Made by a program: the position numbers and the translations under genes
Source of the DNA: a virus
DNA length: 64,000 nt
Virus record (IMG/VR): IMGVR_UViG_3300005804_000111
Coordinates: 2,689-66,688 of that record
Reading direction: 5' to 3' (one strand)
Part shown: positions 1 through 10,467 of the stretch, in pieces
Position numbering within the stretch: the stretch's first letter is position 1
Layout: each line of letters begins with the position of its first letter
Notes under the pieces: generated by a model
Databases searched by the model: none
The model's input: only the letters and a program-made list of their open reading frames with translations
What the model was told of the DNA's origin: nothing

Positions 1-3000
1 CGTCCTGCTGGATAACGGCATTCAGATGCTCATCAATTCCGGCAATGGTAATGTCTTTAGAAGTTGCCAGCGTGCTGTAGTGGCCGGTAGTATCAATCGA
101 CTTGATCCAGTAGCGGAACGTGCCGTTCATCTCGGCCGGAATGGTGACAGTGTTTTCCTGCACGCCGGTGCGCACAATGCGCGCTGTCTCCCACGTCACG
201 CCGGTACGCAGCTCGTAGCCCCAGCGGTCTACTTCGGGAATGTGAGACCAGCTGAAGCGCAGGTCAGTGCCGGACTGCTGCACCAGGAAGTTTTGCACCT
301 GGCTCGGCGGCGCGGCAAGGCCCACGACGGTGATAGCGGTTTTCGGCGCATTGTCGAGCGGCTGCTGCACGTTGATGTGCGTTACCGTTACCACAGCAAA
401 CGAATAGGTAAGCCCTTCGAGCGCATCCTCGAAGGTATAGCCCTCGCCATGCACGTCGCCGAGGAATTGCCACGACCCGTTACCGACTCGCACCCACACC
501 TTGCCGTAGTTATAGTTGCTGTTTGCAGGCCTGCGCCACGAAAGATCGAGGGATGTACTGATCGTGCCGTCAGACTTGAGGCGCAACCGTTCAGACGCTG
601 ACAGGCTGGTGACGCTCGGCATGGAGTCCACAGCTGAATAGTTTGTCGTGTCGATCGGCGGGATCAGGTAGTCGCACCCATAGATGCTCTCGTTGTACTC
701 TGCCAGCCGCATCTGGAATTTCCAGTCGCTCAGCCGTTGCAAGCCAACAACGCGGAACGGCTTGGTGGTCTTGGTGCTCTCACCGAATGAGTAAACGCAA
801 TCGAGCGGCGAGGTGATCTCCTCCATGGGAGATGAGAGCACGAGCGTGTCGGTTGTGCCGACGCCGTTGGTCACTGTACGGGTGACCATGGAGCCGTCCT
901 CGCGGCGCAGCAGCACTGCATAGGCCTTGCCTGCCTCTATGGTCACTGGCTCGTCAAGCTGGATGGCCGTAGTGAATCCACCCGCAATGGTCGCACTGGC
1001 GAGCCTGCCACCCTGCATACCCCAGTGCGGCACGTCGTGCTGCACGGCAACTACGTCGCCGAGGGTTGAGGCAATAGCGTCCAGGTTCACGGTAATGGCA
1101 GCAGTGCGCTTGATATAGAGGTTATTGGCCAACTGATACATGCCGATGCGCCATGCTCCGCTGGGCCTCGTTTCGCCCTTCGGCTGCAGGCTGACGCGAT
1201 TGGTCCGCAGGTTCAGCTCTTCGTGCATGACGGTAATCTTCTGGCGTTCGTAATTTGAGGTCTGGTCGGTGAAGTCTATCTCGATCTCGGCAGCACGCTC
1301 CTCCATGGGGAGGAACACTTCCTCAAACGAATCCAGCTCAATATTGCCGACGGTGAAGAGCTGCGACACATCGGTCGGCTTGTCGATCGCCAGCGTCACC
1401 TTTGTGCCGAGGAAAAATGGAGTCGCCCGACACATGGTGCCCACTTCGAGCGCGGCTTCCCATGCGCTCTGCTCGCCGTCGAATACGCCGTTGAAAATAA
1501 AGCGCCGCTCAGTGCCGCCGTAGCCGTCGGGTACCAGTTCATCGCAGTACGCCGCAAGTTCTTCAAATTTGGGGATGTCGAACCGTCCGGCGTCGGTACT
1601 GTATCCGTCAAAGCGTACTATCTGGAGAGCGTTATTGATGACCGGTTGCGAGAGAACATCGAGCATGACCCATGCAGGATTGTCGCTCCACTCTATGCTG
1701 CGAACGCCGTTGCGATACACCTGCACCAGTTTGCCCTTGCACAGACAGCTAAACCGGAGGGAACCGTTCAGCTGATCGGTTGCAAGCGCATGGATCGCCA
1801 CGGTCGCCAGCCTCGGATAGGTGTGCACATCGTAGGAGACCTCGGTTATTGAGGACACATAGCGCCTGTCCATCTGGTCGGTTTTGTTTGCCGATGCAGG
1901 AGTGACCTGCATGCGCACTTCGTACTGGCCATGCGGCAGTCCGTCTATGCGCCACATGCAGCGCACCGGCTGGGTGACAGCACGGTTTACGGTGTAATAA
2001 TCGACCAGCTCAGTACCGTAAACGATCTCGACGCCCTCTTCGATCCAGTGCCATTTCCAGTAGCCGTAAATTTGAGTCCAGTACAACAATTCCCAGTACC
2101 TCGGGTGCGACGGCAGCAGAGTGTAGATTTCTCCTTCGATATGATCGTCCTGCACATCACTGCCGCGCTCGACCTCTTCCCAAACTTCCTTCGTTTCATA
2201 AATCGGCACGCCAATGCCGCTGGACATATCGATACCGACCTGCTCGGTAATGGTATTCCATCGCCCCGCCGACCAGTGACCATGATGCACTTCCGTGACC
2301 GTCTGATGCACCTCTCGGGTTACGGGTATCCAGATATTGGTTCCGAGCTTGCGTACGTGAACGCTGACGGTCTGTGCAACGAACTTAACAGACAATTCGC
2401 TGGCATATTGGGGGTAGTACTGCAACACTTCGCTGATCTGCTGCTGCTCTGCCGGAGTCGGCTGGCGGTAGAGTCCCTGCGGCCACTGAATCTCGATTTC
2501 CAGGGCGTCGAAATCGTCGTTAATGCTGGTCCAGAAGACCGGAGCGCCCTCGTTGAGCCCCAATGACATAGAGTGCTCGACCAGCGTGTGATAAAAAAAG
2601 CTCGTCGCGGGCTGGTCGATATGCCCGTAGCGGGCCTCAATGCTCACCCCGCGCATGTTGCTTACCGGTATATCATTGATCCAGAACTCGGAGAGACCGG
2701 CGATCGGACCCATACTGGTACCGACGAGCACATTGGCGAACTGATCATCCTTGTACCCATCGTTGACATAGCCACCGATGACGTTGCCGTACACCCGGTG
2801 AGTGCCGTATACGTGCGGTATCGGGATGCCCTGGGCCTGCAGTGTGGTTGGTCCCCATGTGTATGTTTGCGTGGAGTCCATGCTGGAGCCGACTGAGCTT
2901 GGGGTGTCATTGGGAGAGTAAGAGGGCTTCGGCGCGGGTATGAGCGCGTTGACGATCAGGCCGCCGACAACGGTGATGGCTCCGGCAACCAGAGCTGTTG

Positions 3001-3364
3001 ATGCCGCTGTACTGAGACCGAGAATGCTGCCGCTGGCGCCGATAATTGCCGGGGCCGCATACCATGCCACAACCATAACGATGATCATCGCGACCGCGCG
3101 GAGAATCATTTTCCCGGCGCCCTTGCCGCCCCCCTGCACCTCGGGCACGATCAGCACCTGATCTCCGTGGCGCGGGTACGTGAGCGCGAGCTGCTCTTTC
3201 GGCACGACCCGACCGTTGAGCGATACGACCACCGGGACATGACCCTCAAACTCCTGCAGCTGCAGATCGAGTAGCGAGGTGCCGCGACGATACGAAAGCG
3301 TGCTGATGTCGCGTGCGGAGCGGTCGAACGGGTTGTTTATGCGGATTATCGAGAGTGTTTCCAC
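1..3364 (-). CDS. Tail tip / host-specificity protein (lambda J-like with N-terminal I-like domain), runs off the left edge
   Basis: Not in the ORF track. The frame from GTG 3364 was open in every stretch I translated by hand (3364-2800, 2290-1450, 712-1): IPHVYGTHRVYGNVI, YPRLATVA, WSDNPAWVMLD, FN3-like C-terminal part. Confidence 0.85.
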   Translation of the reverse strand, partial: METLSIIRINNPFDRSARDISTLSYRRGTSLLDLQLQEFEGHVPVVVSLNGRVVPKEQLALTYPRHGDQVLIVPEVQGGGKGAGKMILRAVAMIIVMVVAWYAAPAIIGASGSILGLSTAASTALVAGAITVVGGLIVNALIPAPKPSYSPNDTPSSVGSSMDSTQTYTWGPTTLQAQGIPIPHVYGTHRVYGNVIGGYVNDGYKDDQFANVLVGTSMGPIAGLSEFWINDIPVSNMRGVSIEARYGHIDQPATSFFYHTLVEHSMSLGLNEGAPVFWTSINDDFDALEIEIQWPQGLYRQPTPAEQQQISEVLQYYPQYASELSVKFVAQTVSVHVRKLGTNIWIPVTREVHQTVTEVHHGHWSAGRWNTITEQVGIDMSSGIGVPIYETKEVWEEVERGSDVQDDHIEGEIYTLLPSHPRYWELLYWTQIYGYWKWHWIEEGVEIVYGTELVDYYTVNRAVTQPVRCMWRIDGLPHGQYEVRMQVTPASANKTDQMDRRYVSSITEVSYDVHTYPRLATVAIHALATDQLNGSLRFSCLCKGKLVQVYRNGVRSIEWSDNPAWVMLDVLSQPVINNALQIVRFDGYSTDAGRFDIPKFEELAAYCDELVPDGYGGTERRFIFNGVFDGEQSAWEAALEVGTMCRATPFFLGTKVTLAIDKPTDVSQLFTVGNIELDSFEEVFLPMEERAAEIEIDFTDQTSNYERQKITVMHEELNLRTNRVSLQPKGETRPSGAWRIGMYQLANNLYIKRTAAITVNLDAIASTLGDVVAVQHDVPHWGMQGGRLASATIAGGFTTAIQLDEPVTIEAGKAYAVLLRREDGSMVTRTVTNGVGTTDTLVLSSPMEEITSPLDCVYSFGESTKTTKPFRVVGLQRLSDWKFQMRLAEYNESIYGCDYLIPPIDTTNYSAVDSMPSVTSLSASERLRLKSDGTISTSLDLSWRRPANSNYNYGKVWVRVGNGSWQFLGDVHGEGYTFEDALEGLTYSFAVVTVTHINVQQPLDNAPKTAITVVGLAAPPSQVQNFLVQQSGTDLRFSWSHIPEVDRWGYELRTGVTWETARIVRTGVQENTVTIPAEMNGTFRYWIKSIDTTGHYSTLATSKDITIAGIDEHLNAVIQQD

Positions 3365-3759
3365 CGGTAGTACCCCCTGATGCGCCGGGCCCATGTGGGG
3401 CTGTCGAGGCGCTCGATCGTGACGTTGACGTTTTCCGTCGTGTGGATGAATCTGCGGCAGTCGGGCAGCACGGTGCCGATGTGGCTCACCGTGCCGGGAA
3501 AGATGCTGAAAAAGACGATACACCACGGCTCCGGAGCCTCAAGTTGTTCACCGAACTCGTCGGTGCCTCCTGCTATGAGATTTTGCAGAAACGTTGGGTC
3601 CGGCTCGTCGTTGCTGTATGCGTAGTCTGGCATGGAGAGTCCTCGCCGCTGCTGCAGCTCGCGGGCCAGAGTCCAGCAGTCGAAGCCCTCGGCAGGAGCA
3701 GTCCCCCGATACTTGAACGGTGCGCCTACGAGATCGCTGTATTTCGGCTCATCAGGCAA
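3346..3759 (-). CDS. NlpC/P60 tail assembly protein (K-like)
   Basis: FDCW catalytic Cys and SHIG His; probable TTG start overlapping the upstream stop (track ORF 3346-3834). Confidence 0.85.
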   Translation of the reverse strand: MPDEPKYSDLVGAPFKYRGTAPAEGFDCWTLARELQQRRGLSMPDYAYSNDEPDPTFLQNLIAGGTDEFGEQLEAPEPWCIVFFSIFPGTVSHIGTVLPDCRRFIHTTENVNVTIERLDSPTWARRIRGYYRWKHSR

Positions 3760-4369
3760 AGCGCAGCCCCCTTGCATCCAGCCCGGGGAACCCCCCGAAC
3801 CGGTGAGTGTTGCCGCGTGCTCGGCAGCTCTCAAGATCGCGTGGGCAAGGAGTGCTGGCGAGCGCTCCGTTGTAGCCGCACTCGACTCCCTTATACTCCC
3901 AGTTGCAGTGCCTTGCCATGTAGCGGTAAAGAGGGAAGCGCTGCAGCATAAGGTTTTTGTACCCGAGCTTGAACGTGATCCACTGCGATGTGCAGGAGCA
4001 CGCCATGCAGGTAAACAGCAGCGTCAGGTCGGCATAGTCGGCAGACAGGTGCGCGGAATTGACGATGATGATCTCTGCAGTAGCGCCCACGCCGCCGCTC
4101 TGCTCCTCAACATACGGCTGCAGCGCCTGCGTGATGTTGCAGACCTTGAGCGTCGCAAATGTCAGTTCGCCGCGGGCGGACTCGCCGCCGAAGTCGATCT
4201 CAAAGGGGAACGCTGTCCATACCTCGCCCTGGAACGTGAGATCCTCGGTATTGGCGACGAGACGGATGACCGTATTATCCAGCAGCGTGATCTTCAGCAA
4301 CACCAGGAACGGCGCGTCGCTGGCGATCTTGTTGGCTTCGATGCGAAGCTCGAGCGGGAGGTTCTTCAC
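3752..4369 (-). CDS. Tail tip protein (gpL/DUF1833-like)
   Basis: C-terminal CNWEYKGVECGY...C...C...RFGGFPG Cys cluster; position in the tail module. Confidence 0.85.
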   Translation of the reverse strand: MKNLPLELRIEANKIASDAPFLVLLKITLLDNTVIRLVANTEDLTFQGEVWTAFPFEIDFGGESARGELTFATLKVCNITQALQPYVEEQSGGVGATAEIIIVNSAHLSADYADLTLLFTCMACSCTSQWITFKLGYKNLMLQRFPLYRYMARHCNWEYKGVECGYNGALASTPCPRDLESCRARGNTHRFGGFPGLDARGLRFA

Positions 4370-4713
4370 ACAGTCTCCAGATCGAACTCAGTCCGCCAGA
4401 GATCCAGAGCAAACAGCTCCAGCTCCGGCGGCTTGGCAAAGCGCACATTATAGACGGTGCCGCTCTGCGGGTGTGTCCAGGTGAATATGTCGGCATCGCC
4501 CTTTACCGTGTCCACAAAGGTGTCGAGCGTGTTTTTGTCGGCCTGCGTGAGTACGTTATAGGTCACATGGAAGCGCTTGCGGACCCGTGTGAACCTCGGT
4601 CGTGTAATCACATAGCCCTTTTCCATATCGCTTTTGAGCGACTGGTCAACGCGCGTCTCCTTCAGCGGGTATTCAGCAGGGTGCGACAGTGTGGGAAATG
4701 CCGGATATGCCAT
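4366..4713 (-). CDS. Distal tail protein (gpM-like)
   Basis: SDMEKGYVITRPRFT, FTWTHP motifs; follows the tape measure gene. Confidence 0.8.
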   Translation of the reverse strand: MAYPAFPTLSHPAEYPLKETRVDQSLKSDMEKGYVITRPRFTRVRKRFHVTYNVLTQADKNTLDTFVDTVKGDADIFTWTHPQSGTVYNVRFAKPPELELFALDLWRTEFDLETV

Positions 4714-4719
4714 GTGCGA

Positions 4720-7053
4720 TCACCTCATCTTCTTAAAGTCAGGATCGGTGTGCATCAACTCGAAAAACAAGGTCTTGAATTTCGTTTTGTCGTCTATCTG
4801 CTGTCCGGTCTGTTTCAGATTGAACGGCAGACCGGTCTTGTTGTTGACAACGATGTTGACGTTCGTATCTCCGCTGCCGGCAGCGGCGCCCTGCATGGCT
4901 ACCGGAATACGTCTGCCATCGGGAAGCGGCACAAATGCCTCCGGTCGGGAGCCCTCGCCAAAGACCGCCAGCTGCGGCCGGTAAGCGACACCGCCGCTTG
5001 CATATTTGCGCAGCGGCAGCAGCCCCGAGCTTGTCATGACGCCGCCGTTGGCGAGACCGGCAACCTGGTCGCCACCACCGAAAATACCGCCGAGGCCCGA
5101 GCTGATGGCGCCCATGAGCGGCTTGATGATGAGGATCTTCATGATCTCTTTATAGATGGCGCTCAGCACGTTTTTTGCCATGTCACCGAAGCGCATGAAG
5201 TTGTCGCTCGTGAAGTCGAAAAAGCTGGCGAATGCGCCCTCCACTTCGCTCATCATGCCACGTGCGCCATCAAGGCCGTTGCGGAACGAGTCCTGCATCT
5301 CCTGCCCGACCTGTCGGAAGCCGCGCGCCATGCCTTCCCACACGGAAGCACCGGCCTGAAACTGCAAGTCGTCCAGCTCGGCGTTGAGCGCGGCCATGTT
5401 GTTCGTGAGCGCTTCGATCTCGGTATTCGTGGTCTGCACCTGAGCGTCGCTCAGTCCGCCGGCAGACAGTGCTTGTTGCAGGTTCGCTATGCGTTTTGCA
5501 ATAATGTCGACCTCGCCCTGTTTGGCTGCGATGTTCGCATTGGCACTCGACATCTCGCCACGCTGGACTTTCAGAGCATAGAGCTTCTGCTGCAGCGCCA
5601 GTTCAGCCTCAAGCACCCGCAACTCTCCGTCGCGCTTTGCCTGCGCCAGCTCACGGGTCAGCTGAATGTTCTTGATCTGGCCTTCGATGTTCTTTTGATC
5701 GATCTGCTCGCGCTTTTTTGCAATCTCGGCTTCAATGCGACCGGTCTCTGCCAGCACCTCGCGATGATCGCGATCGCGCTCTGCGCTTTCCCGATACATG
5801 ACCTTGCGCTTCTCCCATGCAGCGAGGACGCTGCTCTTCTCCTCTTCGGCATAGGCAATGGACTGTTCAAGGGCGTCGACTTCGAGCTTCTTTTTGTTGG
5901 CGTAGTATTCGGACTCTGTCATCTTCATCTGTTCGTAGCCGAGGTCGTTCACCTTTTGCAGGGTGTTCATCATTTCGGCTGCGATCGATTCCGACTCCTT
6001 CAGGAAATTGCGACGCTCCTGCAACTCCAGTTTGTTGGCCTCGATAGCATTTTTGAGGCCCTTCCCGCGGTCCTTAATCGGCGCGACTTTCGGCTTTACT
6101 TCCTCATGGTGCTGCGGATCTCCGGACGGGGCGCCCTCGCGACCGCTCTCGTCCCATCCTTTCAGGACTTCCATGGCCTGCATGGACAGACCCTTCAGCC
6201 CCGGGATGACCGCCACCGCCATGACTATGCTCTTTGTGAGTGTGCCGAACTTCCGGTTCAGATCGTCCAGCCAGCTGAAGTCCATAGCCTCGCGCTTGCC
6301 GAGCAGCATTTCGAGGAATTCGTTGAGGGTCGGAATGACTTCATTGCCGAGCATATACTTGAACGCCTGGCTGCGCTGCTCCATGCGCTTCAGGTTGTCT
6401 TCATATTCCTTTGCAGCGGCAGCGGTACCGTCGGTCCAGAGCGTGTCGACTTCTTCGAAGTTCTCGCGCAACTCGTTAAGCGTGGCGATCATCTGGGCGC
6501 CATTGCGGCCGAATATTTCGCGGGCAGCGGCAACCTTGTTGGTTCCGTCTTTAAACTTTGCAAATGCATCGGCGATTTTCAGGACCTGATCTTCGACATC
6601 GAGGCTTTGCAGGTCCTTTGCGTTGAGGCCGATCGCGTGCAGCGCATCGCCGAAGGATCCAAGATCTGCATCGGCCTTGCCGAGATTGGCCTGCATCTTC
6701 GTGACCGCGCCGACAAATTCTTCAAGGTTCGACTCGCCCAGCTCGGCGGCTTTTTTGAACTTCGCAAGGTTTTCGACACTGATGCCGGTGTTCTGGCTCA
6801 GCTTGGCAAGCTCAGTGCCGGCAGCAGCTGTACCCGAGACGATCGACCGGGCAGCGGCGGCAACTCCGGCCAGTGCTGCAATGGCTCCGGCCGTCTGCGC
6901 CTTGATGCCATTGAACATGTCGAGCAGGCTTTTCTGCCCTGTCTCGGCGCCCTTCTTCATGTCGGACAGCTGCTTCTGAAACTCCTTGAACGCAGGACTG
7001 AACTTGTCGAAGGCCTCGATAATGAGCTTTACTTGCTGGTCATTGGCCGCCAT
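4720..7053 (-). CDS. Tape measure protein
   Basis: 777 aa, Ala-rich and helical; C-terminal FANGG...GEGSRPEAFVPL motif. Confidence 0.9.
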   Translation of the reverse strand: MAANDQQVKLIIEAFDKFSPAFKEFQKQLSDMKKGAETGQKSLLDMFNGIKAQTAGAIAALAGVAAAARSIVSGTAAAGTELAKLSQNTGISVENLAKFKKAAELGESNLEEFVGAVTKMQANLGKADADLGSFGDALHAIGLNAKDLQSLDVEDQVLKIADAFAKFKDGTNKVAAAREIFGRNGAQMIATLNELRENFEEVDTLWTDGTAAAAKEYEDNLKRMEQRSQAFKYMLGNEVIPTLNEFLEMLLGKREAMDFSWLDDLNRKFGTLTKSIVMAVAVIPGLKGLSMQAMEVLKGWDESGREGAPSGDPQHHEEVKPKVAPIKDRGKGLKNAIEANKLELQERRNFLKESESIAAEMMNTLQKVNDLGYEQMKMTESEYYANKKKLEVDALEQSIAYAEEEKSSVLAAWEKRKVMYRESAERDRDHREVLAETGRIEAEIAKKREQIDQKNIEGQIKNIQLTRELAQAKRDGELRVLEAELALQQKLYALKVQRGEMSSANANIAAKQGEVDIIAKRIANLQQALSAGGLSDAQVQTTNTEIEALTNNMAALNAELDDLQFQAGASVWEGMARGFRQVGQEMQDSFRNGLDGARGMMSEVEGAFASFFDFTSDNFMRFGDMAKNVLSAIYKEIMKILIIKPLMGAISSGLGGIFGGGDQVAGLANGGVMTSSGLLPLRKYASGGVAYRPQLAVFGEGSRPEAFVPLPDGRRIPVAMQGAAAGSGDTNVNIVVNNKTGLPFNLKQTGQQIDDKTKFKTLFFELMHTDPDFKKMR

Positions 7054-7417
7054 TGTCGGTCACCTCGGTTATGTTCTTGTTGCAGGATGCGCAGTCGAGC
7101 GCTTTGCCGCTGCGCTTTGCCGCTGTTTTGCAGGTTTTGCAGTATGCATCCTCTGTCGTGCCTTTCTCGGGTCCGACAATGAATGCAATAACTGCCTCGC
7201 GAAATAATGCCTGACGCTCCCTGACGCGAAAGTACGGTTTACACTCGCGCACGGTGAAGCCCCAGAGCAGGCTGTCACGCTTCGTAATATCGCCATCACT
7301 GAGAAAAGCCACCAGTTCATCTATTGCGTCGCCTCCGGCTGCTGAGCGTTTCGCATCCCCTTCATGCCGGCTGCCAGGTTGTTCATAACTGAAGTGAAGG
7401 GGATGCAGACGAAAAAA
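7040..7417 (-). CDS. Chaperone T segment, reached by -1 frameshift at T TTT TTC (7417-7411)
   Basis: The -1 frame is open from the heptamer into track ORF 7040-7312 (IDELVAFLSDGDITKR...). Confidence 0.75.
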   Translation of the reverse strand, partial: FFRLHPLHFSYEQPGSRHEGDAKRSAAGGDAIDELVAFLSDGDITKRDSLLWGFTVRECKPYFRVRERQALFREAVIAFIVGPEKGTTEDAYCKTCKTAAKRSGKALDCASCNKNITEVTDNGGQ

Positions 7418-7704
7418 TCCTCCACCATCTGCGCCGCCTCGGAGCCGGAAAGTTCATCCTGAAGGAATTCCGCAACCTCGCTGACGTTTTTGCTACGGAG
7501 AGCAATGCCGTCTTCGGTGAGCACTATGGCAAGTAATTCATGGCGTTTGTCATACCACTCAATGGCTCCATTCACGTTGTCGACGGCACTCCCGTCAAGT
7601 ATCGGGGCAAACAGTCGGGCAAGCTGCTGCTCCTGTCCGAGTTTGAGTTCGCGGAGGGCGAACTTCCGCCCTCCGATTTCGTACGTTTTGAAAGGTTCCG
7701 GCAT
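7321..7704 (-). CDS. Tail assembly chaperone G
   Basis: Lies between tail tube and tape measure; contains EDFF slippery site. Confidence 0.8.
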   Translation of the reverse strand: MPEPFKTYEIGGRKFALRELKLGQEQQLARLFAPILDGSAVDNVNGAIEWYDKRHELLAIVLTEDGIALRSKNVSEVAEFLQDELSGSEAAQMVEDFFVCIPFTSVMNNLAAGMKGMRNAQQPEATQ

Positions 7705-7713
7705 CGGGCCCCC

Positions 7714-8901
7714 CTACAGCGTAGCCGTTGCGTTCAGCCAGGTGATCATGGCGGCTGATGCGTTGGCGTCGTTGTCGTAATAGGCCTCAAACGGGATCTC
7801 CATTACGAGTCCCTGCGGGCCGCTGACCTTCGGAGTGTCTTTACCCCATTTCAGCTCGGGAATGAGCAGGGTGAATTTTTCGTTGCCTGCGGTGCCTGCG
7901 CCGGTGCCGTGCTGTGCTTCGATCTTGAGCGACGATTCCTGGAAGCGGATTGCCTTATGGAAGAGCGCAAGGGCCTGAGCATCGAACAATGCAGTGATGC
8001 TACCGCTGACCTTTGCGCGGCCTTCAGGCAAGCTGTTGCGCACGCCACGCCCGCCGATCACGTATGCGCTCGTGTCGATGTCGCGCTCGATTTTCACGCT
8101 TGCCTTCTGCACGTTCAGGAGCTGGCCGCTGCCGCCTTCCTGCACCAGCGTGATCTCGAAGGCGTCCCACGGAGTATGTCCGGGGTCGGTATAGGATGCA
8201 TCGACAGGGGTGTAAGCAATGCCGTTCGGAATGTTTGCCACTGCCGCGCCGGTTCCTCCGTCGGTGAGGTTCTCGTCGTTCTGGAACGTGCCGCTGACGC
8301 CAGTAACCACCAGCGTGCCGGTGACACCGCCGTCAAGATCGCTGATAATGAGCGCAGTGGCTCCGGACGCGACGCCGACCACGACGTTGCCGACCGTGAA
8401 GTTGCCGGTCTGCGCGTCATAGGGCAGCACCATGCTCTCGGAACAGGCTGAACCCTCAAACGTGGCTGCAATGGGGCCCTCTGCCGCGAACTCAAGATCG
8501 AGGCTGCGGAACTTGCAGCCGTTATAAAGCAGGTACAGGTTCTGGTCGGTGATGCCCTTTTCAAAGCACCAGGAGCTGAGCGCGGCGATCTTGCCGACAT
8601 GCGTGTATGGGCTGCCTGCGCCGGTTGTAGTGTTGCCGCCCAGAATGCCATAGTTGATGAGCGTTGCGAGCTGTGGAGCCAGCGTGGTCTTGAACCCGAT
8701 AGTGCCGTCCTGATTGCCACGGCTCGGCATGACCGGGTTTGCACCCGGGCGGATGATGTTGGAGCTGATCAGGTTGAACGCTGCGCCGAGCGACTCGCTC
8801 TCGTAGTAGAGCTGTTTGAGCGCAGGCGAAGCTGGCACTGCCTTGAATGTGCCCTCCTTCTCGTAGCCGATAACACAGTTGATGCCCTGAGACTGTGACA
8901 T
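7714..8901 (-). CDS. Major tail tube protein with an internal beta-rich insertion
   Basis: Tube-family motifs YNGCK, KVSGSITALF, PKVSGPQGLVMEIPFEAY. Confidence 0.85.
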   Translation of the reverse strand: MSQSQGINCVIGYEKEGTFKAVPASPALKQLYYESESLGAAFNLISSNIIRPGANPVMPSRGNQDGTIGFKTTLAPQLATLINYGILGGNTTTGAGSPYTHVGKIAALSSWCFEKGITDQNLYLLYNGCKFRSLDLEFAAEGPIAATFEGSACSESMVLPYDAQTGNFTVGNVVVGVASGATALIISDLDGGVTGTLVVTGVSGTFQNDENLTDGGTGAAVANIPNGIAYTPVDASYTDPGHTPWDAFEITLVQEGGSGQLLNVQKASVKIERDIDTSAYVIGGRGVRNSLPEGRAKVSGSITALFDAQALALFHKAIRFQESSLKIEAQHGTGAGTAGNEKFTLLIPELKWGKDTPKVSGPQGLVMEIPFEAYYDNDANASAAMITWLNATATL

Positions 8902-8929
8902 GGTTTATGCCCTCCTTATTTGGTTTTGT

Positions 8930-9376
8930 CTATACGCTGCCGGTGGCTGTGATGAAGTTGATTACGCACCTTACCACGGCGCCTCCGATAACCTTGTCGT
9001 CCTTCTCAATCGTGATGTCTTCGATCTGCGGCTGCGATATGCTGAGCGCGCGGCCGCCGACGGTCTTGTCTGCCCATAGGGCCTTGATCACGTCCTGCGC
9101 CATGCTGCGGATCTCTGCTGCTGTCTGTGCTGCCTTTGCTGCTGCTATTTCGATGTCGAGCTGAAGGGCCCATGTGTACTGCTGGATAGTGCCCTGCGTT
9201 ACCTGGAGAGCGGTGTCTTTGATGTGTATGCACGGTAGGTCGTCGTATGGTGAGGCTGTGGCTTTCCACTCAAATACCTTGAGGCCGGCGTCGGTCTCGT
9301 AGCCGTTGGCCTTCCGGATGGTGCCGAGCTGTGTTTTTACGGCGGTGATGATGTTCTGCCAGTTGCTTGCTGCCAT
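8930..9376 (-). CDS. Tail terminator (gpU-like)
   Basis: GYETDAG and DLPCI motifs; directly upstream of the tube gene. Confidence 0.75.
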   Translation of the reverse strand: MAASNWQNIITAVKTQLGTIRKANGYETDAGLKVFEWKATASPYDDLPCIHIKDTALQVTQGTIQQYTWALQLDIEIAAAKAAQTAAEIRSMAQDVIKALWADKTVGGRALSISQPQIEDITIEKDDKVIGGAVVRCVINFITATGSV

Positions 9377-9397
9377 GGTTCGTCTGCTCCTCCTGCT

Positions 9398-9763
9398 CTA
9401 CATGCTCGCGCAGTACAGGGTAACTGCTGTGGTTGCGTCGCCGCCGCTGCGGCTGACGTAGTTACCGCGTATGAGCTTCACGTATTTGTCTACGATGTGG
9501 AACATGGTGCCGCTGCTGGTGACGGTGACTGCTTCCAGCGATGCCCATGTGCTGTTGTCGATACTGCCCTCAACCGCAACAACGGTATTGGTCGGGGTTG
9601 TGCCGCCCCATGTCACTACGCAGGTTATATGTGTGCTGTTGGACGATACTGCGGCTCCGGCTCCGGTTGCGGTTTGTATAGCGAGCAGCGTGTCAGTCTG
9701 CGCTGCTGGCGCAATGGAGCAGAGGGCGAAAATGAGCAGTGCCGCAAACAAGTATTTTTTCAT
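9398..9763 (-). CDS. Signal-peptide protein, beta-sandwich decoration-like
   Basis: GGAGG RBS; MKKYLFAALLIFALCSIAPAA signal peptide; VEGSIDNSTW motif. Confidence 0.75.
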   Translation of the reverse strand: MKKYLFAALLIFALCSIAPAAQTDTLLAIQTATGAGAAVSSNSTHITCVVTWGGTTPTNTVVAVEGSIDNSTWASLEAVTVTSSGTMFHIVDKYVKLIRGNYVSRSGGDATTAVTLYCASM

Positions 9764-9792
9764 GGTTCCTCCCGTTTTTGTGGCGCTATGGC

Positions 9793-10467
9793 CTACGCAT
9801 CCAGGCCCTGATTGATTGTTTTTATTGCAACGCCCTTGCCTTTGATGTAATCGATCAGATCGGCAAGTGGAGTCGTGAAAGCGGAGTCTTTCAGATGCGA
9901 GTGAGCGTAGAAAATCAACCACGAATTATTTGTTATGGCTTTGTCAACCTGAGCCTTGTGCGCGTTAAGGTTCACAGCAATATTGTCAATGGATATTGCA
10001 CCAAGCGCTCCCATATTGAGCGGCCAAGTGTTCGGGTGTTCGTCAATGCTTCTGCCGGACCTGTAATACAGCAACACGTTATTGATCGCGGCCTGATCAT
10101 ACGTCCCGTAGGGATATGCCATGTTGCTGATGGTCAATCCGAGCGCCTGCAATGTGGCTTTGGAGTCTGCCAGTGTGGTCTTTTGTGCGGCATCCGATAG
10201 CTGCATCAAATGTTCATGTGTGACAAGATGGCTACCGATTTCCCATCCTGCCGCCTGTAACGCGAGTAGCTGCGCCGTGGTCATGTAGCCAGACTGATCG
10301 ACCTTGGAAGAGAGTACCCATGACGTGCCGGCAATCCCCTTTGTGTCAAACACTGGCTTGATGACGGTGTAGTCTTCTGCCCATCCGTCGTCAAGGGTGA
10401 ACGTAACCATTGGCGCTCGCTGTCGCACAGGAGAGCTATTGCCGCGATATACCACGGTGCCTGGCAT
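9793..10467 (-). CDS. Polysaccharide deacetylase (NodB/CE4)
   Basis: TLDDG, GWEIGSHLVTH, MAYPYG and FYAH motifs. Confidence 0.9.
   Translation of the reverse strand: MPGTVVYRGNSSPVRQRAPMVTFTLDDGWAEDYTVIKPVFDTKGIAGTSWVLSSKVDQSGYMTTAQLLALQAAGWEIGSHLVTHEHLMQLSDAAQKTTLADSKATLQALGLTISNMAYPYGTYDQAAINNVLLYYRSGRSIDEHPNTWPLNMGALGAISIDNIAVNLNAHKAQVDKAITNNSWLIFYAHSHLKDSAFTTPLADLIDYIKGKGVAIKTINQGLDA

Noticed and set aside
1-3364. Frameshifted or degraded tail tip gene (no long ORF in the track)
   Set aside because: Hand translation of most of the gene shows one consistent open frame running off the window edge, which explains its absence from the track
4471-7182. 903-aa plus-strand ORF
   Set aside because: Antisense shadow of the tape measure gene; no motifs and no RBS context
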